From Chloroflexota bacterium (GTDB lineage: Bacteria > Chloroflexota > Dehalococcoidia > Lucifugimonadales > UBA3495): a stretch of 64,000 nucleotides of DNA. The stretch spans positions 59,919-123,918 of the forward strand of contig JAQBVF010000006.1 of NCBI GenBank assembly GCA_027623675.1, in the 5' to 3' direction. Both the position numbers and the translations under genes were made by a program. The notes beneath the pieces are model-generated. The model saw only the letters and a list, made by a program, of their open reading frames with translations, was not told the origin of the DNA and searched no databases. Positions 1 through 9,163 of this stretch are shown here, piece by piece; the stretch's first letter is position 1, and every line of letters begins with the position of its first letter.

Positions 1-481
1 GGGCCTCGTCGACAGCCGAATCGCCGCCGCCAACCACGGCGACAACCTGGTTCATATAAAGAGGGCCGTCGCAGGTGGCGCACTGGGATACGCCCCGCCC
101 AAAGAACTCTTCCTCGCCCGGAACGCCCAATTGCTTCAGCGTCGAACCAGCGGCGATGATCACCGCCTTGGCCCGGATTTCGCCGGAGTCGCTTTTGACC
201 ACGCGGTAGTCGCCGTCCTTGGTGATCCTTTCGGTCTCGCCCATCACAAAGTCGGCGCCGGCGTTCATGGCCTGTTCCTGAACGGCAGGCCCCAACTCAG
301 CCCCGGAGATGCCCTCCGGGAAGCCGGGAAAGTTCTCGATCTTCTCGATGTTGATGATGGACGCCCCGCCCATCATGCGCTCCACGATCCCGGTGCGCAG
401 TCCGTAGTTCGCGGCGTACATGCCGGCGGTCATTCCCGCCACGCCTCCGCCAACGATCAAAACGTCGTAATTGTCTGCCAA
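1..481 (-). CDS. trxB: Thioredoxin-disulfide reductase (5' part; runs off the window start)
   Basis: Manual minus-strand translation from TTG at 481 (GGAGG SD upstream): [19 protein letters not shown]...[16 protein letters not shown]...[26 protein letters not shown]. Has the FAD motif, CATC and the NADPH motif. Absent from the ORF track because it is truncated. Confidence 0.93.
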   Translation of the reverse strand, partial: MADNYDVLIVGGGVAGMTAGMYAANYGLRTGIVERMMGGASIINIEKIENFPGFPEGISGAELGPAVQEQAMNAGADFVMGETERITKDGDYRVVKSDSGEIRAKAVIIAAGSTLKQLGVPGEEEFFGRGVSQCATCDGPLYMNQVVAVVGGGDSAVDEA

Positions 482-585
482 GATGGCGCCTCCAATGGTG
501 CTAGATGCTGGTCTGGTGGGTGCGATAAACGGTCCTGATTCAGGCACGAACCAGCCTGCGCGGATGCAGCCGGGCCGTAGGCCTA

Positions 586-615
586 ACTATAGGATTGGAG
601 CCTGTTTGGTGTCAA
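586..615 (-). promoter_or_regulatory. Sigma70-type promoter of trxB
   Basis: Minus strand TTGACA-18 nt-TATAGT, about 100 nt upstream of the trxB start. Confidence 0.6.
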
Positions 616-772
616 CATAATCTGGAGGCATCCACGACAGGGAATCAATAAGGGGTCAAGTGCGGGAGACGGCGCCCTCATTTGTTGCGCCTTGCGGCCC
701 CGCAGACGCGCTCATAGAATGGTTGCGACCTGGTGCAAATCACTTTGCCAACTGTTCAGAAGGTGCAAACCC

Positions 773-2608
773 ATGCCGAGCGGTGACCAGACCGGCGAGT
801 ATGAAGTACATACCGAGAGCAACGTGATGGCCGCCATGCGCGACGGCGTGCGATTGGCCGCCGACGTGTACCGTCCCGCGAAGGGCGGTGTTCCGGTTGA
901 TGGGGCCTTCCCCGTTCTGCTCCAGCGCACGCCCTACAGCAAGACCAGGGCCGACCTGGTTGCCGAAGCCCTGTCCTTCACCTCCCACGGCTACGTGACC
1001 GTGCTCCAAGACTGCCGGGCGCGCTACGAGTCCGAGGGCGCATTCACCAAGTACACCAGAGAGGGCGAAGACGGCTACGACACCATGGCGTGGCTGGCCC
1101 AGCAACCCTGGCACGAGGGCAAGATCGGCACCTACGGCCTGTCCTATTCGGCCCACACCCAGGCGGCCGCGGCCTGCTTGGCCCCGCCCAACCTGGGCTG
1201 CATGTGGCTGGATTCGGGCGGGTTCGCCAACGCCTTCCAGACCGCCTGCCGCAACGGCGGGGCCTTTGAGCTTCGTCAATTGACCTGGGCCTATAAAGAA
1301 GCGGTGGAGAGCCGCCAAGCCAACGCCGACCCGCGGGTGAAAGCGGCCCTAGACGCCCAGGACATATTTGCCTGGTTCGGCCGTTTGCCCTGGAAGAAGG
1401 GGCACTCGCCGCTGCAGTGGACGCCTGACTACGAGGACTACCTGCTGGACATCTGGGAGCGGGAGACGTTCGACGACTACTGGCGGCAGATCGGACTCTG
1501 CGCCGAAGCCCATTACGGCCAGTTCTCCGACGTGCCCCAGGTGCATATGAGCGCCTGGTACGACCCATATTCAAAGACGGCCACCGACAATTACGTGGCC
1601 CTTTCCGGCACAAAGCAAGGGCCGGTATCACTGCTGATGGGGCCTTGGACCCACGGCGGGCGTTCCGTGACTCACGCTGGAGGGGTGGAGTTGGGGCCAT
1701 CGGCGACGATCGACGGCGCCACGGGGGCCGACTTCAACCACCTGCGTCTGCGGTTCTTCGACCGCTGGCTGAAGGGCAAGGCCAGCGAATGGGCGGACGG
1801 GCCACCGGTGAAGTTATTCGTCATGGGCGGCGGCTCGGGGCGCAAGAACGCCGAGGGGCGTTTGGAGCACGGTGGAGCGTGGCGCAGTGAGAGTGATTGG
1901 CCCCTGGCCCGCGCCGCGGCCACGCCCTTCTACCTGCATGCCGGTGGCTCGCTGTCAACGCAGCAACCCGGTAACGGACACCCGCCCACCAAGTACCTGT
2001 TCGACCCGGAACGTCCCGTGCCAACCGTGGGCGGCAACATCTCGTCGGGACAACCGGTGATGGCTCCGGGCGGCTTCGACCAGCGCGAGTCCAAGGAGTT
2101 CTTCGGCTCCAACCCGCCATACCTGCCGCTGGCTTCCCGGCCCGACGTGTTGGTGTTCCAGACCGAGCCATTGGCTGAGGGTGCTGAAGTCACCGGCCCC
2201 GTCTCGGTCCAACTCTGGATATCCTCCAGCGCGGTGGACACCGATTTCACCGCCAAGCTGGTGGATGTGTATCCGCCATCGGGCGACTACCCGGAGGGTT
2301 ACACGCTGAACCTGACCGACGGTATCTTGAGGGTTAAATTCCGGGAATCGTGGGAGCAGCCAGAGTTGATGGAGCCTGGGGAGGTATACCTGTTGACGAT
2401 TGACCTGCTGCCGGTATCGAACCGGTTTATGAAGGGTCACCGGATCAGGCTGGATATCTCATCCAGCAACTTTCCCAGGTTCGACGTGAATGGCAATACC
2501 GGGGAGAATCCCGGCACGTCACCGGTCAGGCTGACGGCCCTGAACAGTGTCTATCACGATGGCAGCAGGCCGTCCCACGCCTTATTACCGGTTGTCGCAC
2601 AGGAATGA
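773..2608 (+). CDS. CocE/NonD family hydrolase (peptidase S15)
   Basis: MRDGVRLAADVYRP, RTPY, GTYGLSYSA nucleophile elbow, GPWTHG and C-terminal HRIRLDISSSNFPRF. ATG 773 preferred over TTG 692. Confidence 0.9.
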   Translation: MPSGDQTGEYEVHTESNVMAAMRDGVRLAADVYRPAKGGVPVDGAFPVLLQRTPYSKTRADLVAEALSFTSHGYVTVLQDCRARYESEGAFTKYTREGEDGYDTMAWLAQQPWHEGKIGTYGLSYSAHTQAAAACLAPPNLGCMWLDSGGFANAFQTACRNGGAFELRQLTWAYKEAVESRQANADPRVKAALDAQDIFAWFGRLPWKKGHSPLQWTPDYEDYLLDIWERETFDDYWRQIGLCAEAHYGQFSDVPQVHMSAWYDPYSKTATDNYVALSGTKQGPVSLLMGPWTHGGRSVTHAGGVELGPSATIDGATGADFNHLRLRFFDRWLKGKASEWADGPPVKLFVMGGGSGRKNAEGRLEHGGAWRSESDWPLARAAATPFYLHAGGSLSTQQPGNGHPPTKYLFDPERPVPTVGGNISSGQPVMAPGGFDQRESKEFFGSNPPYLPLASRPDVLVFQTEPLAEGAEVTGPVSVQLWISSSAVDTDFTAKLVDVYPPSGDYPEGYTLNLTDGILRVKFRESWEQPELMEPGEVYLLTIDLLPVSNRFMKGHRIRLDISSSNFPRFDVNGNTGENPGTSPVRLTALNSVYHDGSRPSHALLPVVAQE

Positions 2609-2665
2609 CGCCGTGGGCCATAAGGCGTGGCTAGGAACGCTTGGGAACCAGAAAGGCGTTGGGCG

Positions 2666-3265
2666 TTAACGCTTGCTCAGGGCAATCATGTAGTTGTCGT
2701 TATTGATGTCCCGCGCGCCGGTCTGGACCCGGAACCCACTGTCCCTGGCGATCTGGCCCAGTTGGACGGGGTCGATGCGTGTCTCTTGGGGCGGGCCGCT
2801 CTCCGTCTCTTTCGCGTGCCACTCCAAGATGAAACACCAGCCGCCGGGCTTCAGCATCTCCCCGGCCGCCTTCAAGAACCGCACGCGGTCCTCCGGGTGG
2901 TGCAGCACGAAAGCGATGAACAGGCCATCGACTGTGCCGGGGGCCACGGGGAATTCGTATTCGCCGCATTTGAGGAGGTTGACGTTGCCGAGACGGACCG
3001 CGTCCAGACGCTCTTGGCAGGCCTTGAGCATGTCGTCGGAGGTGTCCAGGCCGATGACCTTGCCGTTAACCAGGAATTTGGCCAGCGGCAGCGTGAAATA
3101 GCCCGGTCCGCACCCGACGTCCACCACGGTGTCTCTATGGTTCATGGGGCAGAAATTAAGGATCTTGAACGTGTCCAGGTTCTGGGCCCGTTCCGGCCTC
3201 AACATCCTCTCCGCCGAGGTTGGCATATCGGGGTGGCTCGAGCCTGTGTGCGGGTCTGTCGACAT
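2666..3265 (-). CDS. Class I SAM-dependent methyltransferase
   Basis: VVDVGCGPG motif I, VLHH, LKPGG. Confidence 0.88.
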   Translation of the reverse strand: MSTDPHTGSSHPDMPTSAERMLRPERAQNLDTFKILNFCPMNHRDTVVDVGCGPGYFTLPLAKFLVNGKVIGLDTSDDMLKACQERLDAVRLGNVNLLKCGEYEFPVAPGTVDGLFIAFVLHHPEDRVRFLKAAGEMLKPGGWCFILEWHAKETESGPPQETRIDPVQLGQIARDSGFRVQTGARDINNDNYMIALSKR

Positions 3266-3589
3266 CTATTTGATACCTCGTGATTCCCAGGGTGAAACCC
3301 CGGCTGGGAGATTACTTTACATGAACCGGTTGGTGGCCGCAATCGGCGTGATACCGCTTCGTTGACACTCCCGATACCCCATCGTACACTAACCCCTGAT
3401 TCAACCCTTGATTCTCGCCAGGCGGCCATGGGACGCCTGGATAGTCCGGCCCCAGCCGAGCCTGACACCGGCCTGCAACCGGTGTGAAATCCGGCGTGAA
3501 ATACTGGGAACAACCCCCAAAGTTCCCCAATACCGGCTGGGCATCAGTAACCATAACAAGCCCCAGGAGTTATCCCCCAGGAGTTATCA

Positions 3590-4834
3590 ATGTCCCTATT
3601 GTCCCAGGAAGACCCACAGGTAGCGCGCGCCCTGGAGTTGGAAGACCAACGCCAGCGGGATAGCATCGTGCTGATCGCTTCAGAGAACTACGCCAGCAAG
3701 GCGGTTCTAGAGCCTGGCGCCAGCGTGATCAGCAATAAATACGCCGAGGGGTATCCGGGCCGCCGTTATTACGGCGGCTGCGATAACGCCGACGTCATCG
3801 AGAGTTTGGCCATCGACCGCGTCAAGGAATTATTTGGCGCTGAACACGCCAACGTTCAACCCCACAGCGGCGCACAAGCCAATATGGCGGCCTATTTTGC
3901 CGTCCTTGAGACTGGCGACACGGTCATGGGCATGCAATTGGACCACGGCGGCCACCTGACCCACGGCGCATCGGTGAATTTCTCCGGCAAGATATACAAC
4001 TTCGTGCCCTATGGTCTGAACAAAGAGACGGAGTTGATCGACTACGACGAGGTTGAGCGCCTGGCGAAAGAACACCGGCCCAAATTGGTCGTTGCCGGTT
4101 GCAGCGCCTATCCTAGAATCTTGGATTTTGCCAGGTTCAAGGCCATCGCCGACAGCGTGGATGCGTTGCTGATGGTTGACATGGCCCACATCGCCGGCCT
4201 GGTTGCCGGCGGCGCGCACCCCTCGCCATTGCCCTACGCCAACCTGGTGACCTCCACCACGCAGAAGAGCCTGCGCGGACCCAGGGGCGGATTCGTCCTT
4301 TGCGACTCCGACCTGGGCCGGAAGGTGGACTTCGGCGTGTTCCCCTTCACCCAGGGGGGTCCGCTGATGCAGGCCATCGCCGGGAAAGCGGTCTGCTTCG
4401 GCCAGGCGCTGAAACCCGAGTTTTCTAAGTACGCCCATCAGGTGGTGGCCAACTGCAAGACCCTGGCCGCGGACCTTTCCGAGGCTGGTATCAGGCTGGT
4501 TTCCGGCGGCACGGACAACCACATGGTCCTGGTGGATGTGACGCCGTTGGGGATCACCGGCCAGCAGGCGGAAAGGGCGCTGGAGTCGGTGGGTATCATC
4601 GCCAACAAGAACGCCATCCCCTTCGACCCCAATCCGCCTCGTGTGACCAGCGGACTGCGCCTGGGCACGCCTGCCATCACCAGCCGGGGCATGGGTGAAG
4701 CCGAGGTCAAGCAGGTGGCGGCAATGGTCACCAGAGTGCTGGCCGATGTCGAGGACAAGACGGTCCATTCCAAAGTATCAGCGGAAGTTAAAGAACTAAC
4801 CGCCCGTTTCCCGGTGCCAGGCATCGACAACTAG
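3590..4834 (+). CDS. glyA: Serine hydroxymethyltransferase
   Basis: LIASEN, NKYAEGYPGRRYYGGC, NVQPHSGAQAN, GGHLTHG, KSLRGPRGG, SGGTDNH, TSGLRLGTPA. Confidence 0.97.
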   Translation: MSLLSQEDPQVARALELEDQRQRDSIVLIASENYASKAVLEPGASVISNKYAEGYPGRRYYGGCDNADVIESLAIDRVKELFGAEHANVQPHSGAQANMAAYFAVLETGDTVMGMQLDHGGHLTHGASVNFSGKIYNFVPYGLNKETELIDYDEVERLAKEHRPKLVVAGCSAYPRILDFARFKAIADSVDALLMVDMAHIAGLVAGGAHPSPLPYANLVTSTTQKSLRGPRGGFVLCDSDLGRKVDFGVFPFTQGGPLMQAIAGKAVCFGQALKPEFSKYAHQVVANCKTLAADLSEAGIRLVSGGTDNHMVLVDVTPLGITGQQAERALESVGIIANKNAIPFDPNPPRVTSGLRLGTPAITSRGMGEAEVKQVAAMVTRVLADVEDKTVHSKVSAEVKELTARFPVPGIDN

Positions 4835-4845
4835 CTTAGAACCAG

Positions 4846-4874
4846 TTGAGCCAGGCAAGGCCCGATGCTATAAT
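4846..4874 (+). promoter_or_regulatory. Sigma70-type promoter of rpsF-ssb-rpsR
   Basis: TTGAGC-17 nt-TATAAT with TG extended -10. Confidence 0.65.
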
Positions 4875-4938
4875 CAATCCAACTGCGTGGTCCTTAGATA
4901 CGCAACCTAATCGCATGTAATCTCCCAAGGGGTAACAT

Positions 4939-5571
4939 TTGCGCCATTACGAACTTGTAGTAGTCCTTAGTCCCATGCTAAATCAGGAGCAGGTCACCGA
5001 GACCTGGGACAAGATCAAAGGGTTTATCACCACCCGTGACGCTGAGATCAGCCACGAGGAGCAATGGGGGACCCGCCGATTGGCTTATCCCATCCGAAAG
5101 GGCCAGCACCGGTTTCTGGAGGGCAGCTACCACCTGACCCGTTTCGCAACCGATAAGGCTTTCAACCGGGAACTGGAAAATTTCCTGACAGTCGATGATG
5201 AGATTATCCGGTCACTGATAACCGTGACCCTGCCGGAAGAGGAACTGGCCGCCCAGGCCGCCGCCGCTGCCCGGGCCATCCGGCCTCCGCCTCCCCGGCC
5301 CGCCCCATTGGGACCTGACGGCGCTCCGATCGCCCCGGCAGCCCCCGCGGAGGGAGCCGCCCCAGCGGAAGGCGCCCCTGTAGCTGCGGCCGATTCGCCC
5401 GCTGCAACCGAAGCTGCGCCTGAAGCTGTAACCGAGGCCCCTGCGGCCGAGGCGCCAACAGCTCCCGAAGCCACCGCGGAACCGGAAGCGCCGGTCGTCG
5501 AAGCCGACCCTGAAAGCAGCGGCACTCCAAGTGAGGAACCGGCCGGCGAGCCGGAGGAACGCGAGGACTAG
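4939..5571 (+). CDS. rpsF: 30S ribosomal protein S6 with Pro/Ala/Glu-rich C-terminal tail
   Basis: RHYELVVVLSP, WGTRRLAYPIRK, EGSY; first gene of rpsF-ssb-rpsR; TTG start. Confidence 0.95.
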   Translation: MRHYELVVVLSPMLNQEQVTETWDKIKGFITTRDAEISHEEQWGTRRLAYPIRKGQHRFLEGSYHLTRFATDKAFNRELENFLTVDDEIIRSLITVTLPEEELAAQAAAAARAIRPPPPRPAPLGPDGAPIAPAAPAEGAAPAEGAPVAAADSPAATEAAPEAVTEAPAAEAPTAPEATAEPEAPVVEADPESSGTPSEEPAGEPEERED

Positions 5572-5583
5572 AAGGGGGTAGAC

Positions 5584-6012
5584 GTGAACAAGATCATTGT
5601 CATCGGGCATCTGGGTAGAGACCCCGAGATGCGTTACACGCCCAATGGTCAAGCGGTAACCTCGTTCAGCGTGGCCTCCAGCCGCCGGTACACCACCGCC
5701 GCGGGTGAGCAGAGAGAAGAAACCGAATGGTTCAACGTAAGTGCCTGGGGTAAGCTGGGCGAAACATGCAACCAATATCTGACCAAGGGCCAGCAGGTTT
5801 ACGTGGAAGGACGGTTGAGCAGCCGGTCGTATGAAGCACGCGACGGCACCACTCGGTTTTCCAACGACATAAACCTAACCGACGTCCAGTTCCTCGGAAG
5901 GGCCGGAGATGGAGGCGGGGCAGGCGATTCTGCTCCCTATAGATCTGGTGTCGGTTCTATGTCTGACGAAGGCCCCATGGATAATGATCCGGTGGACGAC
6001 CTGCCGTTCTAA
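5584..6012 (+). CDS. ssb: Single-stranded DNA-binding protein
   Basis: NKIIVIGHLGRDPEMRYTPNG, ETEWF, VYVEGRL, C-terminal DDLPF. Confidence 0.97.
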   Translation: MNKIIVIGHLGRDPEMRYTPNGQAVTSFSVASSRRYTTAAGEQREETEWFNVSAWGKLGETCNQYLTKGQQVYVEGRLSSRSYEARDGTTRFSNDINLTDVQFLGRAGDGGGAGDSAPYRSGVGSMSDEGPMDNDPVDDLPF

Positions 6013-6112
6013 TCCCGCCGTCTCGATCAGGAAATGAGCAAGACAGACAGGAATGAGATGCCGACATCATCTCGTTAATCTCGATAGGTAAACCAAAAGG
6101 ACTTGAACTAGA

Positions 6113-6478
6113 ATGACCACTGAAGCTCCCAGAGGACCAGGCGGACCGCCACCCCGATTTGCCGGAGGCGGCGGAGGAGGACGGCCAGGCGGACCCGGCG
6201 GAAGACCGGGCGGACCTGGTGGACGCCCCCGTGGCCGCTTTGTGCGGCGCCGTAAGGTCTGTGCCTTCTGTGTTGAGCATGTGAAGCACATAGACTACAA
6301 AGAGATTGACAAGATTCGCCGGTTCGTGTCCGAGCGGGCCAAGATTGAACCGCGCCGCCGCACCGGGGTCTGCGCCAAGCACCAGCGGGCTCTCCGCACG
6401 GCGATCCAGCGCGCGAGGCAGATTGCCCTGGTGCCTTTCGTGGCCTACCACGCCTACTCGGGCGGCATCCGCCGCTAA
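6113..6478 (+). CDS. rpsR: 30S ribosomal protein S18 (Zn-binding form) with Gly/Pro/Arg N-terminal extension
   Basis: [42 protein letters not shown]. Confidence 0.96.
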   Translation: MTTEAPRGPGGPPPRFAGGGGGGRPGGPGGRPGGPGGRPRGRFVRRRKVCAFCVEHVKHIDYKEIDKIRRFVSERAKIEPRRRTGVCAKHQRALRTAIQRARQIALVPFVAYHAYSGGIRR

Positions 6479-6614
6479 CGGGCGGTTGCACCCAAAAACC
6501 CACGCCAGGCATCCAAAACCTGGCAGCCAACGAACTGCTAATGGCGGCGCAGGCTCTAAGCCACGCCGCCAAGACTTTCCTGCCTAATACCCCCAAGGCC
6601 GTCGAGGTTAGACA

Positions 6615-7814
6615 ATGCCATTTCCTTGGCTTCGATGGTTCGGCTCTGCTGACAGCGGCAGAGGCGGCCGCCGCCGTACCATGCGGGCGCGACAACGGAA
6701 TCGCGGGCCAGACAAAACCCCGCAGGAATCCCGGCAAGAACCCCCTGAGGTCCTCTCAGAACGGCGGCAGCGGAAGATTGGCGTTGGCATCGGCGCCTCT
6801 CTGATCTTCGTCGTTATAGCCGTGGTCGCGTTTGGCTATTACCAAGAATTCTACAAACCGCCCCGGGTTTGGGCCGGCTCAGTCAGAAACGTGGAATTCA
6901 CCATGGGTGACCTGGTGCAGCGCATCCGCGTGCTGCAGGGCGTCAACCGCTATCAGGGCGGGCAGGTTGACCTTAGTATCGTCCCCTTCGAGTACCTCCA
7001 GAACCTGATTCACGCCGAGATATTGCGGCAGCAAGCCCCCGCTCTGGGGATCCAGATCACTAAAGAAGCCATTGAACGGGAACTGAGACGTCAATTTCTC
7101 CCCGAAGCAACGCCCGGACAGGAGACCGACCCCGGTCAGCTGGAAAGGGAATTTAGGGACAGCTTCGGCTCCTATCTGACCGCCACCGGACTCTCCGAAT
7201 CAGAATTCCGCGTGATACTTGAAGAACAGCTAACCCTGCGCGCCCTGGCCGGATTGTTGTCTCAGGATATAGAAGACCCGCAGCAACAGGTTGAGATTCA
7301 GTGGATACAGCTACCCCCGGACAGCAATGTTTTTATCGACGACGTGGCGACGAGGCTGGAGAACGAAGATTTCACCAGGGTCGCCCAAGAACTTAACGCT
7401 CAAAGCCAGTACGCGGGTCCCAACGGCTATGTGGGCTGGGTGCCCAAAGGCGCTTTTCCTGAATTGGATGACGCCATCTTCGGCAATCCGGAAAAGAACA
7501 TCGAGCCTCTGGCGCCGGGCGAAGTTAGCGAACCGATCATTACCAACAAGGCGTCATTCCTGGTTAAGGTGCTCTCCCTTCCAGAGGAGCGCGCCCTGGA
7601 AGACAGGATGGGATTGAAACTAACCATTGAGGCGGTGGAGGCCTGGAAACGAAATGCCCTGACCACCGGCAGCTCTCAAGGCACCGTTAAGATGAACTTC
7701 AACAGCCGGTTGTACGAATGGGTTGCCGATCAAGTGGCCGTCACCGCGCCGAGGATCGAACGTCCCACTCCGGTGCCGCCGCTGGTTCCCGGGTTGGGCG
7801 GACAGAGACCATGA
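6615..7814 (+). CDS. Membrane-anchored SurA/PrsA-like peptidyl-prolyl isomerase/chaperone
   Basis: One TM helix (IGVGIGASLIFVVIAVVAFGYY), helical SurA-N-like region, parvulin-like GYVGWVPKG..PELDDAIF..PGEVSEPI. Start uncertain. Confidence 0.7.
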   Translation: MPFPWLRWFGSADSGRGGRRRTMRARQRNRGPDKTPQESRQEPPEVLSERRQRKIGVGIGASLIFVVIAVVAFGYYQEFYKPPRVWAGSVRNVEFTMGDLVQRIRVLQGVNRYQGGQVDLSIVPFEYLQNLIHAEILRQQAPALGIQITKEAIERELRRQFLPEATPGQETDPGQLEREFRDSFGSYLTATGLSESEFRVILEEQLTLRALAGLLSQDIEDPQQQVEIQWIQLPPDSNVFIDDVATRLENEDFTRVAQELNAQSQYAGPNGYVGWVPKGAFPELDDAIFGNPEKNIEPLAPGEVSEPIITNKASFLVKVLSLPEERALEDRMGLKLTIEAVEAWKRNALTTGSSQGTVKMNFNSRLYEWVADQVAVTAPRIERPTPVPPLVPGLGGQRP

Positions 7815-9115
7815 CCGCGCCTCCCGAGATCAATATCGGGCTCATGGGCTTGGGTGTGGTTGGGACCGGTGTGGCCGCGACCCTGCTGCGCCGGGAATCG
7901 CCGATATCCGACGTGACCGGTCGGCCCGTCAACCTCAAGAAGGTGCTGGTCCGAGATGTTTCCCTTCCCAGGGACATAGACCTGCCTCCTGGGATGTTGA
8001 CGGCCAACGCGGAAGACATCCTGGCCGATCCCGACATCCACATTCTGGTGGAGGTCATGGGCGGCTCCGACCCTGCGGAGGGCTACATCAAACAGGGCCT
8101 CGCCGCCGGCAAGTATGTCGTCACGGCCAACAAAGAGGTCATGGCCAAATCGGGGCCGGAGCTGATGGCCCTGGCGCGGGAGAATGACGTCCAGATTCTG
8201 TTTGAAGCCAGCGTCGGCGGTGGTATACCCATCGTCGGCTGTTTGATGAACGAACTGGCCGCCAACGAGATCCGGTCCATCCGTGGCATCATCAACGGCA
8301 CCACCAACTACATCCTGACCCGGATGGCCAACGAACGGACCAGCTTTGAACAAGCGCTGAGCGAAGCCCAAGGTCACGGCTATGCCGAAGCCGACCCCAC
8401 TAACGACATCGAGGGCATCGACGCCTCCTACAAGCTGACCATCCTGGCCTCCTTGGCCTACCGCCGGGCGTTCCGGCACCAGGACGTATACTGTGAGGGC
8501 ATATCTAAGCTGGAGCCCCAGGACTTTCGCTACGCCCAGGAATTGGGCTACGCCATAAAGTCATTGGCGATCGCCAATCTGGATGACGGGGCGGTGCAAC
8601 TGCGGGTATATCCGGCTTTGTTGCCCGCCGAACACATGCTCGCCAAGGTTGACGGAGTGTACAATGCCGTGGAGGTCCATGGCAGCCTCTGCGGACAGGT
8701 CCTGTTTCACGGCATGGGAGCGGGCCGGGAACCAACCACCAGCGCGGTGGTAGGCGATGTGATTGAGGCGGCCCGCAAGATGGGTGCATTGCCGCCGGGT
8801 ATGCAGGACCGGGGGATTAAACCCGCGAACGGTCCTTCGGTCCGGCCTATCGGCGACCTCCTGTCGCGTTACTACATCCGCCTCGACGTAGCCGACAATC
8901 CGGGGGTGCTGGCGCAGATCGCCCAGGTGTTGGGAGACGGGCAGATCAGCATCGCCACCGTGATACAAAAAGACATTCAACCGGAGACCGGCAGCGCGGA
9001 GATCGTGATCACCACCCATCCCTCCAGAGAGGCATCCGTCCAGCAGGCGCTGCAAGCGCTGGCCGGTCTTTCTCAGGTGCGGCGGGTAAGCAACACCCTC
9101 AGGATCGAGGAGTGA
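7811..9115 (+). CDS. hom: Homoserine dehydrogenase with C-terminal ACT domain
   Basis: GLMGLGVVG, VVTANK, FEASVGGGIP, GIINGTTNYIL, GYAEADPTNDIEG, ACT domain. ATG overlaps the upstream stop (ATGA). Confidence 0.96.
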   Translation: MTAPPEINIGLMGLGVVGTGVAATLLRRESPISDVTGRPVNLKKVLVRDVSLPRDIDLPPGMLTANAEDILADPDIHILVEVMGGSDPAEGYIKQGLAAGKYVVTANKEVMAKSGPELMALARENDVQILFEASVGGGIPIVGCLMNELAANEIRSIRGIINGTTNYILTRMANERTSFEQALSEAQGHGYAEADPTNDIEGIDASYKLTILASLAYRRAFRHQDVYCEGISKLEPQDFRYAQELGYAIKSLAIANLDDGAVQLRVYPALLPAEHMLAKVDGVYNAVEVHGSLCGQVLFHGMGAGREPTTSAVVGDVIEAARKMGALPPGMQDRGIKPANGPSVRPIGDLLSRYYIRLDVADNPGVLAQIAQVLGDGQISIATVIQKDIQPETGSAEIVITTHPSREASVQQALQALAGLSQVRRVSNTLRIEE

Positions 9116-9163
9116 TTTCGGTGCAGAATCGGAGTTGCAGAATTTAGGGTTGGGGTTAGCCGT

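Noticed and set aside
131..538. 135-aa plus-strand ORF
   Set aside because: Antisense shadow of trxB, which carries all the family motifs on the minus strand.
3440..3545. Possible ZMP/ZTP riboswitch upstream of glyA (CCGGCTGGGCA resembles its 3' end; CCCAGCCG/CGGCTGGG can pair)
   Set aside because: The 5' conserved GACUGGCG...GGGAGC core is absent, so the call is not supportable without a covariance-model search.
4880..4938. S6:S18 leader RNA
   Set aside because: TCCTT could pair with the AAGGGG SD, but the CCG motif is not clear; too weak to call.
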